From Amoebophrya sp. A120 (lineage: Eukaryota > Protista > Dinoflagellata), in assembly GCA_905178155.1 (NCBI GenBank), contig CAJINV010000007.1, positions 4,175,723 through 4,239,722 of the forward strand: a stretch of 64,000 bases of DNA, read 5' to 3'. The translations under genes were made by a program, and so were the position numbers. Of this stretch, positions 49,208 through 59,295 are shown in pieces. Numbering within the stretch: position 1 is the stretch's first letter; each line of letters begins with the position of its first letter. The notes below the pieces were generated by a model. That model was not told where the DNA came from, did not search any database, and saw nothing but the letters and a program-made list of their open reading frames with translations.

Positions 49208-51604
49208 ATGGAACGTGTTTATATCGAGGTTATGGACACCAATAAGTCTCGTGCTTACGGTGTGCCGCGAAGTTATCCAGACTGGGTGTTGAACTCAATC
49301 GAGTTTAATAAAGGACGATCTGATGAGGCTGTTTGTGAGAAAAATCAGGAATGGGCTAAAAAGCTTCTTCAGTACGCCCAAGACCGCAGTTTAGATGCGG
49401 AGGAAAAAGCCTTCCATGAGCAAATTCCACAGCCGCGTCGTGGCATCTATTTTGGTAAGCGCTTCGTGCTTCTTCGTCGTCTTCTTTCGGAAGCTGTAGA
49501 TCAGCTCCCGCAGCTACACCCTCATCGTGAGAAAATTCTAAGTATTGTTACGAAGCTTCAGGCAGGCTTCGTTACCGACGGAAAGATCGACCCCTCCGGT
49601 TTCTGGTCGGCCCTCTCCGAAGACAAAATTTTCAAGCAGCTTATTGAGGCGCAGGCAAATCCGATTGAAGACTTCCAAGAGCCCCCGACTTCGCACTGGG
49701 CTGCCGAAGAGGACATTGAGTCCCTTTACGAGGACTGCGAGAAAATGATTTCTCGTGGCCTCTGGCGCGTGCAGGATCACGCTGACTTGAAGCGGCGCGG
49801 AATTAAATATAGGGCGGCAATAGCTTTTCCCGTCAAGCGCGTCGGTAAACGCAATCGCACCTGCATCGACAAGAGGCGTTCGAATTTCCACCTGCAGTCG
49901 ATGGAGAAGATTCGGCTCCTTGGCTGTCGCACAGCAATCCAGATCAAGGAAAGATGCCTCTCCCGCTCGTCGACGCATGTGGGCACCTTTCAGTACAAGC
50001 AGGACATCCAGGCGGACGTCCTGACCGAGTTCGCGATTCGCCGCTCTTTCGAGCAGCATGGCAGTATTTCACGCGAAAATTTGCGTATGAAAGATGATCG
50101 TATTCGCTCGCCGCTTTACTCTTTTGTTCCCGGTGATTTCGTTCGTGATTTTGAAGGTTTTTACTATCAAACTACTGTAAATAACGAATACATGAACTCG
50201 ATCTGGATTCCCGTTCCTTTTTCGCGTGTGAAGCCTAAGGACCGAAAGAGAGACTCCGCTGGGAACTTCGTTAGGACGTTCCTTCTTGTTTCTTCTCTTG
50301 TGTCCGTATTTGGCTCTTTGACTAGTATTCACGATTGTTGTACTGTCTCCGAAGCGCTCATGCTCGTTTTTAATCAATTGTTTAAACTAATTTATACCAT
50401 TTATATTGATGACGGTCATGGCCATTCCAGGCTGGGTGCTCAGCGGTCAGACGAAGCTCTATGCGATCTCGCGTTGCACATTCTGGGGTGGCAGCAGTCA
50501 CCAGGCAAGCAACAGTCTTCGCTGCTTGGTGCCGTTGTCGCGTCGTTTAATGATGCTTCTGCTTTCTCGCCGGTTTCGTCGTCGTCTGTGCGTGATGTGG
50601 TTCAGAAGGCTATTGTCGTGCTCGGAATCGCGTATCAAGTCAACTTCTTCCGGCAGAAAATCTTCGTTTCCGTTGCGGCCGAGAAGCGGGCGCAATTTCG
50701 TGCTGATGGTCACGATATCTTGGCGCGTTTAACATCGCGTCGGGATCGGGAGTTGTACCTACAACATTCGGCGCTCCTCTCGTTCATTGGGCTGTTTCGC
50801 CATTGTATTCAGTTCAACAGGCAGTTGACTTTTTACGCCAAGGGTCTGGACATCTGGCAGCAGGAGTCGTTCTTCAAGAAGAACATCACTCGTACGGCGT
50901 CCAGGAACGAGCTCAAGCATCGCATCGTTACGGCCCTCTTTGTGGAGCAAAATCTTCGCGACAAGGAGATTTCTCGTGCGTCTGTGGATAAGGAAATTAT
51001 CCACATGTACACTGACGCCAGCATGCGGAATGCGCCGGCGTGTGCGAAAGCAGTGCGTGCGGGCCGAGGCAAGCCGGAACTTTTTCGGCCGTCGCTGTCG
51101 CCGTTTGAAATCCGCTGTGCTGTGGTGTTGTATGATGGGCAAGAGTCTGTCCTTGCCTTTCGTTCTAAACTTGATCAAGTTCCACCTAAAATCGCGGAAA
51201 TGCCCTCCACGGTGAATATAGGTGTTTTCGAAGCCTTGTCACCGCGGGTGGGTATTGATGTGTTTCAAAAACGTTTGTCCGGTAAATTACTCATTTTGCA
51301 TCTTGACCACATAGGAGATGTTTTCTCCTTGGGCAAGAATTCGTCTAGAAATTTTATTATTCAACACATTTCTCATGCTTTTCATCAGTTTTGCGTTAAA
51401 TACGACATTCAGGTTTATTTCACCTGGTTGTGCTCCGCTCTGAATTTTGCAGATGTCGGTACGCGTGCCGATCGTCATCATCTTTTGCATTCTACTTTTC
51501 CAAATATTCAAGAACGAGTTATTCCATCCGCTCTTCTGCAGGCCCCCCAGCTATGGGGACTGGACATCGAAGAGGAGCCTAGCCTTCTGTTTACTCCTTT
51601 TTAA
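49208..51604 (+). CDS. Reverse transcriptase / RNase H (DIRS-type)
   Basis: FPVKRVGKRNRTCID, DFEGFYYQ, VFGSLTS, YIDD, VLGI; RNase H YTDAS, NIGVFEAL, HLDH, NFADVGTR. Confidence 0.92.
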   Translation: MERVYIEVMDTNKSRAYGVPRSYPDWVLNSIEFNKGRSDEAVCEKNQEWAKKLLQYAQDRSLDAEEKAFHEQIPQPRRGIYFGKRFVLLRRLLSEAVDQLPQLHPHREKILSIVTKLQAGFVTDGKIDPSGFWSALSEDKIFKQLIEAQANPIEDFQEPPTSHWAAEEDIESLYEDCEKMISRGLWRVQDHADLKRRGIKYRAAIAFPVKRVGKRNRTCIDKRRSNFHLQSMEKIRLLGCRTAIQIKERCLSRSSTHVGTFQYKQDIQADVLTEFAIRRSFEQHGSISRENLRMKDDRIRSPLYSFVPGDFVRDFEGFYYQTTVNNEYMNSIWIPVPFSRVKPKDRKRDSAGNFVRTFLLVSSLVSVFGSLTSIHDCCTVSEALMLVFNQLFKLIYTIYIDDGHGHSRLGAQRSDEALCDLALHILGWQQSPGKQQSSLLGAVVASFNDASAFSPVSSSSVRDVVQKAIVVLGIAYQVNFFRQKIFVSVAAEKRAQFRADGHDILARLTSRRDRELYLQHSALLSFIGLFRHCIQFNRQLTFYAKGLDIWQQESFFKKNITRTASRNELKHRIVTALFVEQNLRDKEISRASVDKEIIHMYTDASMRNAPACAKAVRAGRGKPELFRPSLSPFEIRCAVVLYDGQESVLAFRSKLDQVPPKIAEMPSTVNIGVFEALSPRVGIDVFQKRLSGKLLILHLDHIGDVFSLGKNSSRNFIIQHISHAFHQFCVKYDIQVYFTWLCSALNFADVGTRADRHHLLHSTFPNIQERVIPSALLQAPQLWGLDIEEEPSLLFTPF

Positions 51605-51666
51605 AAATCTAGTGAGCTGAAGGTCTAACGTCAGCATTTTGTACAATACTTTGCGCTATAGTCATC

Positions 51667-51966
51667 GCGTGGCATTGCTATATCCTAGTTGCTTTGCGAA
51701 AACAGTTCGGAAAGGCTCGCTGAGCCTTGTTTCACCTTTTCACAAAGATCCTTGTTGCTGCGCACGTTGCCGTGCTTGATCACGGTCAGGCTGCGTACCC
51801 CGCTTCCTGAAAGCATCGAATGTACCAGCAAGCTGACACTTTCTCCATGTACACATGAGGTTCCTCGAATATAGAAAAAAGATGTCGATGCAAAGGTATC
51901 GAAGATCAGCTTTGGATCGTTTTGGGTCGTGTTCGAGTAAAAAGAATTTAAGTATAAAACTTTATA
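51667..51966 (+). repeat. Split repeat B2 (300 bp)
   Basis: Apparently identical to 44141-44440. Confidence 0.93.
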
Positions 51967-52640
51967 ACGAAACTCGGTTTTGGATCCAAATCGTGGAGTA
52001 GATAGAGCAAGGTGCCAGGGCTGAAACAAGTCTCAAAAGGGACCATGGGGCTGGGAGTCATGGAATCTATCGTCAGATACCGTGGGGAGGAACTGCTTAC
52101 ACCAAATAATTGTTGACATATGTTCAATTGCTACTCTTAGGTCGTAATTCCTTTGGCCTTTTGCTTGTAGCACTAGAACGACCAGAAGTTCAGTTTCTGC
52201 TCTTGTGCCGGCTTACGGGTTTCAGCAAAGAATTCTACATATTATGCTCGATCACCTGTTTTTAGAAAACTTTTTCGAAGCATCGAATTTCCGCAATATA
52301 TTGGTCTTGCTTTATTTTCAATTCTTGGAAATACACTTGATTGACCTGCTAGTCTTATTACCGTAGACACCACTAGCTGTGCCACAGCATAATTTTTTTC
52401 TTGAAAGTAGAAGGCGTAACAGGAAAAGTGGGTCCAGAATTCAAATTCTTTATGGCCACTGCGTGCGTCGGCCCTTGAGCTCACGCCGTTCTTCAGGTGA
52501 ACTCTGACATCGATCACGAACAAGAGCACCAACGCATTTTGATATTGTGCTGCACCAGCAGCAGCACGAAGGTCACCTGACAAACGGGAGACACACCACC
52601 ACCACCACCAGTTTCTGCGAGCCAACCGCCTTCTCTGAAA

Positions 52641-55036
52641 ATGAACGCTGACCAGCACCGTCATTATGACGGTAACAACCAGCGGCCACTGCCGGATGCG
52701 CCCAGAATACACAAATCACCCGAGATGATGCCGGGCGTGTCCCTGGGGCAAAGGTATAATTGGGGCCACCAGTGCACGCCGAGTGGGAGGTCACTTTTTC
52801 CGCAGCCGCCCGTGTCGCAGTTTCACAGAAGTATACACAACTAAAAAAATCATTTACTCACATGTTTTGTTATCCGCCGCTGAGACGCGCCAAAGTTGAA
52901 TGTGATTCTTCCTTGATGCCTTTCTGCATGACAACCGCAACCAAGAATAGAAGATGGTTTTAGTCGTATCTTCAAATTTCTTGAGGTATCAACCAAGATG
53001 CCGAGATGGGGAATCTTTGGGTCGACGGCTCCAACACCTATGAGGACGCCCGACTTTCGACCCAGCCCTACCACCTGGAAAAGTATCAAATGCAAAAATG
53101 TCTGGGTCTGGAAGAGTGCAGACTTGTCATGCATATTTTCCCTGCCCCATGAGGTCTGGAATGCAGGACCTGGCATGACAGATTCTGCGAAGTCTCTATC
53201 ATGCCTATCCTGCATGAGAGACTCCCACAACTCATGTTGGTCAAAAAAGGACAATTTTAATTTTTAGCGATCACGCAACACAGATTTTTGTGTGACCCAC
53301 AGGACGCTGCATCACAAGTTCCATTCTCCCAGACCCAGACATTTTTACAATCCATAAAAAGGACGTCCGAACGATGACAGCTTACAGCTACGACCGTAAG
53401 GTACCTCCAGGGACCTACGTCGAGCCAAAAGTGTATGGATGTGTCAGGATCGAAATCGACAAAGTCAAAAAATTTGTGATGCATAAAATGTAGAGCACTG
53501 AGGGCCTATAGTAATAGTACTAGGGAGCAGGCAAATGACGCCGATTGTGGGCCTGTTTAGGGGTATACAACGTGCTGCCAGAGTAGCACGACATGAGAAG
53601 TCTTCTTTGCCCAAACAGCATGACAGACTGGATGCGGGAGGTGCCCCCGAAATTTGTCATGCGCCACTTGGAGACTGAGGCTCCAACTGGCAATGGCATC
53701 GATTTTGTGCATCACAAGTTTTTCGATTTTGTCAAATTCGAAGATTCTGACACCTCCATAAAGTGTTTAACCAAGGCAACCACGTAAACTGGAAGACCCG
53801 GCCGCTGGACAAGTTTGAGCAGGCAAAAATGAGGCGAGACATCCGCTGTTACTCCGTGCCGAAAAGGGGCGTGCAGGGGGAGCACCACCCTGTGTGTATT
53901 TAATATTTTTGTGTTCGAGGACTTCTTGTTCATCTTCATGCTGGAGTACTTACGCAGTACATCTGTGATGCGACACCACCCTGCTGTGTACTACGAGTGA
54001 AGATGATCATCTCGTCCACCTTGCATGTTGAGTTGTAGATATGAGGAATTTTTTACCGTGCGATTTTCTCCAGTCAATCTCCCAACAGGTTGCTTCGTGG
54101 GGTTTGTAGAATGGACCATGGAACGCGGGGCGATGCCAAGAGGAGAGCAGGACCGGCTCATGTACGCGGCTTGCGCAAGTAAATACCCCTGCAGTAGTAT
54201 CTTTTGTAAAAACATCCCCACCCCATAGTCAAGTTGGGAAATCTGCAAGACAAATCGACAAGCTTTGGCTGCTGCGCATGACAAGTTGGGCCCCGTAGTG
54301 TAATCCTATTTAGCTATTTCAGCAGCATCACAGATCTAGCATATCATGATGATTCGAGCATGACAAATTCCGAAATACGACTAGAAATTGCTTCTCATGG
54401 GGCTCCGCATGAGAGACATTTTCACCATGCTGATTTGCATGACAGCTCTGGGGTCGTTTACAAAGGGGAGGCAAAGTGTGCCGCACTTCTGTTTAGCATG
54501 ACAACTCTGGGGTGGGGATGTTTTTCCACAGGATAAGTAGGCCAGCAACCTACGAGGAGTACATATCGCATGGCATAGCAGGCCTGCCCTTGATCAACCA
54601 AACGAAATACGACATTACGTTCGTCGGGCCAGGTACCGTACTCGCAATGATATTGATTCGTACAACTTCTAGTTGCTCTTGCATGTTTACTTCTAGTTGC
54701 TCTTGCTATTGTCGCATCATGGATTTTTGAGATTGAGTTGTCATCGATCACTACGCAGCCAGGTCTCCTGCTCGAAGCATTTACAATCTATCGTTGATGA
54801 AGATGATGACCAAAAAAACGCTGCATCGTCTTCAATATCAAGGTAGCGACAAAATCGGCCCGGGCGTGCTTGACCATAAGAACACAAATTTTGCACGAAA
54901 GAAGGTAGTCTTTCCCGGTGACAGAATGGACGGGAGCAGTGGCCAGATTGAAATAGACGACTCGTCCTGCTGGGGCAGGAAAGCATGTACTGAAATGTCA
55001 AAGTGCCTTCGTTTTTTGAACGATTTGCATTTCTGA
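52641..55036 (+). CDS. Hypothetical protein, multi-exon, hidden by three introners
   Basis: Removing introners +5 nt gives continuous QPYHLEK-DVRTM...VEPKV-FNQGNH and YPCSR-PATYEEY; other introns GT-AG; no homolog recognised. Confidence 0.65.
53084..53356. mobile_element. Introner/MITE family B
   Basis: TATCAAATGCAAAAATGTCTGGGTCTGG / CCAGACCCAGACATTTTTACAATCCATA; perfect TSD AAAAG. Confidence 0.9.
53434..53760. mobile_element. Introner/MITE family A, reverse orientation
   Basis: Reverse complement of 1367-1672; perfect TSD AAGTG. Confidence 0.93.
54198..54535. mobile_element. Introner/MITE family C, reverse orientation relative to 25030
   Basis: TATCTTTTGTAAAAACATCCCCACCCCA / TGGGGTGGGGATGTTTTTCCACAGGATA; perfect TSD AGTAG. 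Confidence 0.92.
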
Positions 55037-56666
55037 CTTATACTCAACATGGGATAAGTTTTTTTATGGGTATGTTCTGTTACTTTGGCTAGTATGGCTA
55101 AACTCAGTACAACAATTCTGACCAAAATACGCCGACTGCAAGATCGTCTATCATGAGCCTAAAGATCTTGATCAACCAAACCTTCAGGCATTGCCGTCGT
55201 TTACCAGAACCGGTTACGGAAACAGCCCTCGTTGAAGCAGTTTGGGCTCTTGAGGAACACGCTCAACAAGCCGCTAAACGAGTTGCAGGCGAATAATCTG
55301 AACAAAGACTCGACGCAGTGGGACACTTTTCAGCACCTGTACAAGCAAAACGCACGGGTCACGCCTTTGTGAGGAGGATTCGGATTAGTTGGTTGTGCAT
55401 CAAAGATTTTGATGGACAAGAAATCTTCGTAGTCACCGTTGCACACGTGAACATCATCACGACGAAGAAGAGCGAAACAAAGATCAGTAAGCTTTTGCGC
55501 TTCATTCCTTCGACCATAAAATGATTGATCATCATCATGTCGATCATATAGTACATCTTAATAATCTTTTCGCTTTCATCTTTTACGCGTACTCACTGTA
55601 TCTATTCACTCCGTTTAACATTGCAATTTCGACCACGCAGCTCTTGCGATTTTATTTTTAGCTGTTGGATCAGTTTCTGTAGAATTCGATATTGGCATAC
55701 TAGGATAGACGAGAAGTAAGGACACTAACAAGCGCAAGTCCGTACTTTTTCCCTTGTTTTCCGAGCGTCTCGCGGCAGACGCTGCTGGCTAGTAATTGTT
55801 GTATCAGTCCAGATGATGGCAACCAGTAGCACGAATCTAAAAATTCTGTATCAAATGGTTTCCGCAGAAGAGCTTACCAACCATAACCAAGCGGAATTCA
55901 CCTTTTCATCATCATAGAAGGTCGGTAAGATTTCTGTTTGAAGTTCTCCGAATTCGCATCTTGCTCCCGATATGAAAGACGTGACTGACTAAATTGATCT
56001 CAAGCTCCTGCAACAAAAGTCCTCGGTCTGAGTCGGAATCGGAAATACGATAACAGGCGACTTCATCAGGAATTCTACATGATCACAACATTGTTGATGA
56101 TTTTCTGAGGTCTGCTCGGTTCAGATTTGTAATGTGTACAAGAAAAAAAATTATCTTGACTCGATCGAAAAATAGAATTTCAAATCAAAGCTAGCGGGCA
56201 ATGATGATCATGTTACTATAGCAGTAACTCCGACATCTTGAAAAATTCGCAAGAAATCTGCCTCGGTATCTTGTTCATCTTTTTGCATTGAAGTCGTGAC
56301 AATGATCATAAATGTAAATCATTGTGACTTTGTATAAATATACAAATATTTTCGGTTCGATTTGCCGGCCGCCTGACCCTTGCTGAACCAAAAGACCACG
56401 CTTGAAATTTCCTCGAACGAACACACAGCAAAAAAGCGCAAACATCTCCTCCTCCAATAGTGGCACCTCCCGCTCGACTTTTGAAAACTCACCTTTCCCG
56501 CAGTTTTTAACCGCACGGATCCAAGACAATCTTTTGCTGCCTTCAGAACTACACAACCAAGAATAAACTTTTAACAAAAGAAACTCGTACTCAACCCACC
56601 TAATAAAGACTACAAGTTACCTTCTAACTGTCGTACTACCCGACACATTTTCTACCCAAAATCAAG

Positions 56667-59295
56667 ATGGTGAAGTCCAACGAGCAGACCAAGGCGCGCT
56701 ATTACGCCGCCGGGCAGGCCCCGGAGCCGCAGGTGGTTGTGGTAGAGGCCCCGACGCCCCGCTACTACCGCGCGGCCCGGGACACGGCGGGCTCGCAGAC
56801 GCTGCTCCGTGTGGGCATTTCCGTGACCCAGGGGCTGGTGTCATTCTTTAGTTCCTTCTACCTCTTCCTGCTCATCTGGGGCGCACGCATGGACATGACC
56901 TACGTCGCTGGCTGGATGCGGGACGGTATGAAGTCCGGTAACGTTTTCAACTACTCCTTCATCAAGTATCTCTCCTACGGGTACGGCATATCCAGGAAAA
57001 AACCTGTGTAAGTGGAGTTTTGTGTAGCGGAAACACGATGCAGCACGATCATAGTTTTTACACTTGTCATGCGTAACGTAAACGTGCGTCATAGAGAAGT
57101 TGTAAGTGAGTAATTTATTTTTATTCGCACGCGTTTTCACGTACAAGTAGAAGTACGACCTGCGCCGGATGACAATTTTGCGCCGTCATGCGGCCAGAGG
57201 ACAGAGTTGTCATATTCATTGTTTCCATTCTCAAGGAAAGCAAAAGAGTATACACTAACACAACTTTTTCCCCGCATACGGCACCAAGGGTACGTAACGG
57301 TGAAACACGACAAGCTAGTATTTTTACCTCCGCCTGCTCTGGTCGGGGGAATACAGAAGCAGGGGACGCAATTTTAGAACGCGGAGACAGAATAGATTGA
57401 AATTATGGCTGCTGAATATCATGCATACGTAAATTGTTCTGTGACGTCAGGCGAGCTCCTCGCTTCTGTTTCATTTTTTCCTTGCATTTGCGTCACCGCA
57501 TGAAACGAGGCGAGTTCAAAATTTTGTCTGCGATGAATACGTACGAGAGTGTTTTCAAGGCCGCAAAACGAGTTTTATTTTTTTCTTTCGCCTCAACAGG
57601 GAGAGCGAAGAGGGAAATACTAGCTCAACATCTTTGCAAGGGCATACACGACAAGAGCCTCGAGCTCGACGGGCCTCTCCCAACTCCTGCGCAAGTCGGA
57701 GCAAAGCTGCAACAAGTGCTACAACAACTTGGTCTTTAGGCATTGCAAATATGTCAGGCACTGGGTCCGGACGGTGGGAAGCTTGTCATGCTAAAAAAAT
57801 AAAAAATAAAACAGAAAAATCATCTGTTGTGGTGCATAGTTAGCAAAAGATGCGCAGTTCTTGTGTCTCGGCGAGAAGTCCTGAAAACCCGCAGGAGCGG
57901 ATCTTTTGTCATGCTCTGTGTGCATTCCAGTCCTTTACCTTCTTGCAAATCCGAGAAATGAATCGCAAATGTCTGCATTCTGCCCGACCCAGCCCTAAGA
58001 TTTGCAGTGGATACACTTCCAGTTCCAGTTGGGCAAATTCCTTCCAATTTGGACACGAGTGTCGTCGTGAACTTCTTCACTGATGTGCAACGGAACATGT
58101 TCAATGTTTCAGTTGCCGAGGTTTGCATTCTGTTCGCCCTGGTGTTCATGCTGCAGATTGCCAAGTGCACCCCGCTGTTCCGTGACATGAAGAAGACGAC
58201 TGGGCTTCTGGTCTTCCTGATCATCACCCTGGTTATGGTCTTCGTCTCCTTCGTCTTGGGCGTCGTCCGGTGGGCGCGCGTGGCGCAACTCTTCAGCGCG
58301 GAGAATGCGGTGATCTGGAACGAAGTTCGCGCGGGGAATATTTTCTCTCAGGCTCTTGCCATGTTTGGGGCTGCGATGTCGTACTTCGTTGGCAAGAATT
58401 ATTCCCGTCCTTCGGTATCAAAACTGAAAAGTGCCCAACCCCCAGAAACGCGAAATCCTTTGCATTTTTTCCAAAGTTTATCTTCCTCATTATCTTGATG
58501 TTATTGTTATGTTTATCCTACTGACGAAGACGAACTTAAACTTGTAGTTTGCTTGCATGATGGAGCTGCGAGGCGTTTTGGTTCAGAATCTAGAAGGGAA
58601 GTAAGTAGCTGTAGTGAACTATGTCGAGCATGTTCCTCCGCCGTGCGTTGCCACAGGTCTTCGCTATAATTCATTCAGGATCGAGTTCGAAAATAGATAC
58701 TCGGTGATGCTGCTACATGCAATATAGCAAATGTTTGTTCCCAGCACTGGGAACCACATCTTTTCCAATGCAGTCACTTATATCCGCTCTGGGGTACAAC
58801 TAGGGGCGCTTTTCATTTTGATACTCGGCGGCTGACATGGTAGAGATCGGAAAAATCGACTACACCAAAATTCAGGCGAGCACAGGCATGCTCTGGCTCA
58901 TGGAGGTCTGGATGCCGGTCACCTTCGTCACGTCCTTCATTCTCATTGTCTGGGGCTACTGCCTATCAAATGCAAAAGTGTCCTCTGGGTCTGGAAGATT
59001 CTAAACTTGTGATGCTGTCTCTGGGTTCGAAAAAAATTTGTATTGCGTGACCAGCACGAGGAGTCTAGTTTGTGGTACGCGGGGAGGGCATTTGTCATGC
59101 GGAGTAGGCATCAGGAAGCCCTCTACAAATCTCTGACGCTAGGGCGTGCATTACAGACATCCTGGGTCATGCAAAATATGCATGCCAACCCGGCAATCTT
59201 CCAGACTCAGACACTTTTGCATTCGATACTGCCGCCTTCCGAAGGCCTACTCGCCGCAGCAGCGCTTCGAGTACCTGCGGTCCGAAGAGCCGTAA
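56667..59295 (+). CDS. Multi-pass membrane protein, paralog 1
   Basis: Several hydrophobic helices; exons join in frame across four introners; ends WGYC-RLPKAYSPQQRFEYLRSEEP*; similar to gene at 62213. Confidence 0.75.
56989..57278. mobile_element. Introner with family E-like left end
   Basis: TATCCAGGAAAAAAC / CTTTTTCCCCGCATA; perfect TSD CGGCA. Confidence 0.75.
57737..58013. mobile_element. Introner, partly decayed
   Basis: TAGGCATTGCAAAT...CTGGGTC / GACCCAG...ATTTGCAGTGGATA; flanks GTCTT/CACTT; removal gives QQLGL-PVPVG. Confidence 0.72.
58416..58823. mobile_element. Introner/MITE
   Basis: TATCAAAACTGAAAAGTGCCC / GGGCGCTTTTCATTTTGATA; TSD TTCGG/CTCGG; removal gives SRPSA-ADMVEIG. Confidence 0.85.
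58964..59228. mobile_element. Introner/MITE family B
   Basis: TATCAAATGCAAAAGTG / CACTTTTGCATTCGATA; perfect TSD CTGCC. Confidence 0.9.

Larger units (their letters stand above)
43630..51966 (+). mobile_element. Tyrosine-recombinase retrotransposon (DIRS order; Ngaro/PAT/VIPER-like) with split direct repeats
   Basis: Repeats A1-spacer-B1A2-ORFs-B2, YR and RT/RNase H ORFs, TATA shared at both ends and at the internal B1A2 junction. Confidence 0.92.

Noticed and set aside
43630-51966. Idea that the element's tyrosine recombinase (TATA core) mobilises the TAT...ATA introners
   Set aside because: Introners have variable 5-bp TSDs outside their termini, which indicates staggered-cut (DDE-type) integration rather than YR crossover; the shared trinucleotide is probably coincidence
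44159-52029. Duplicated 61-114 aa ORFs at 44159/44163 and 51685/51689 (and 3004/8691)
   Set aside because: Incidental ORFs within terminal repeats
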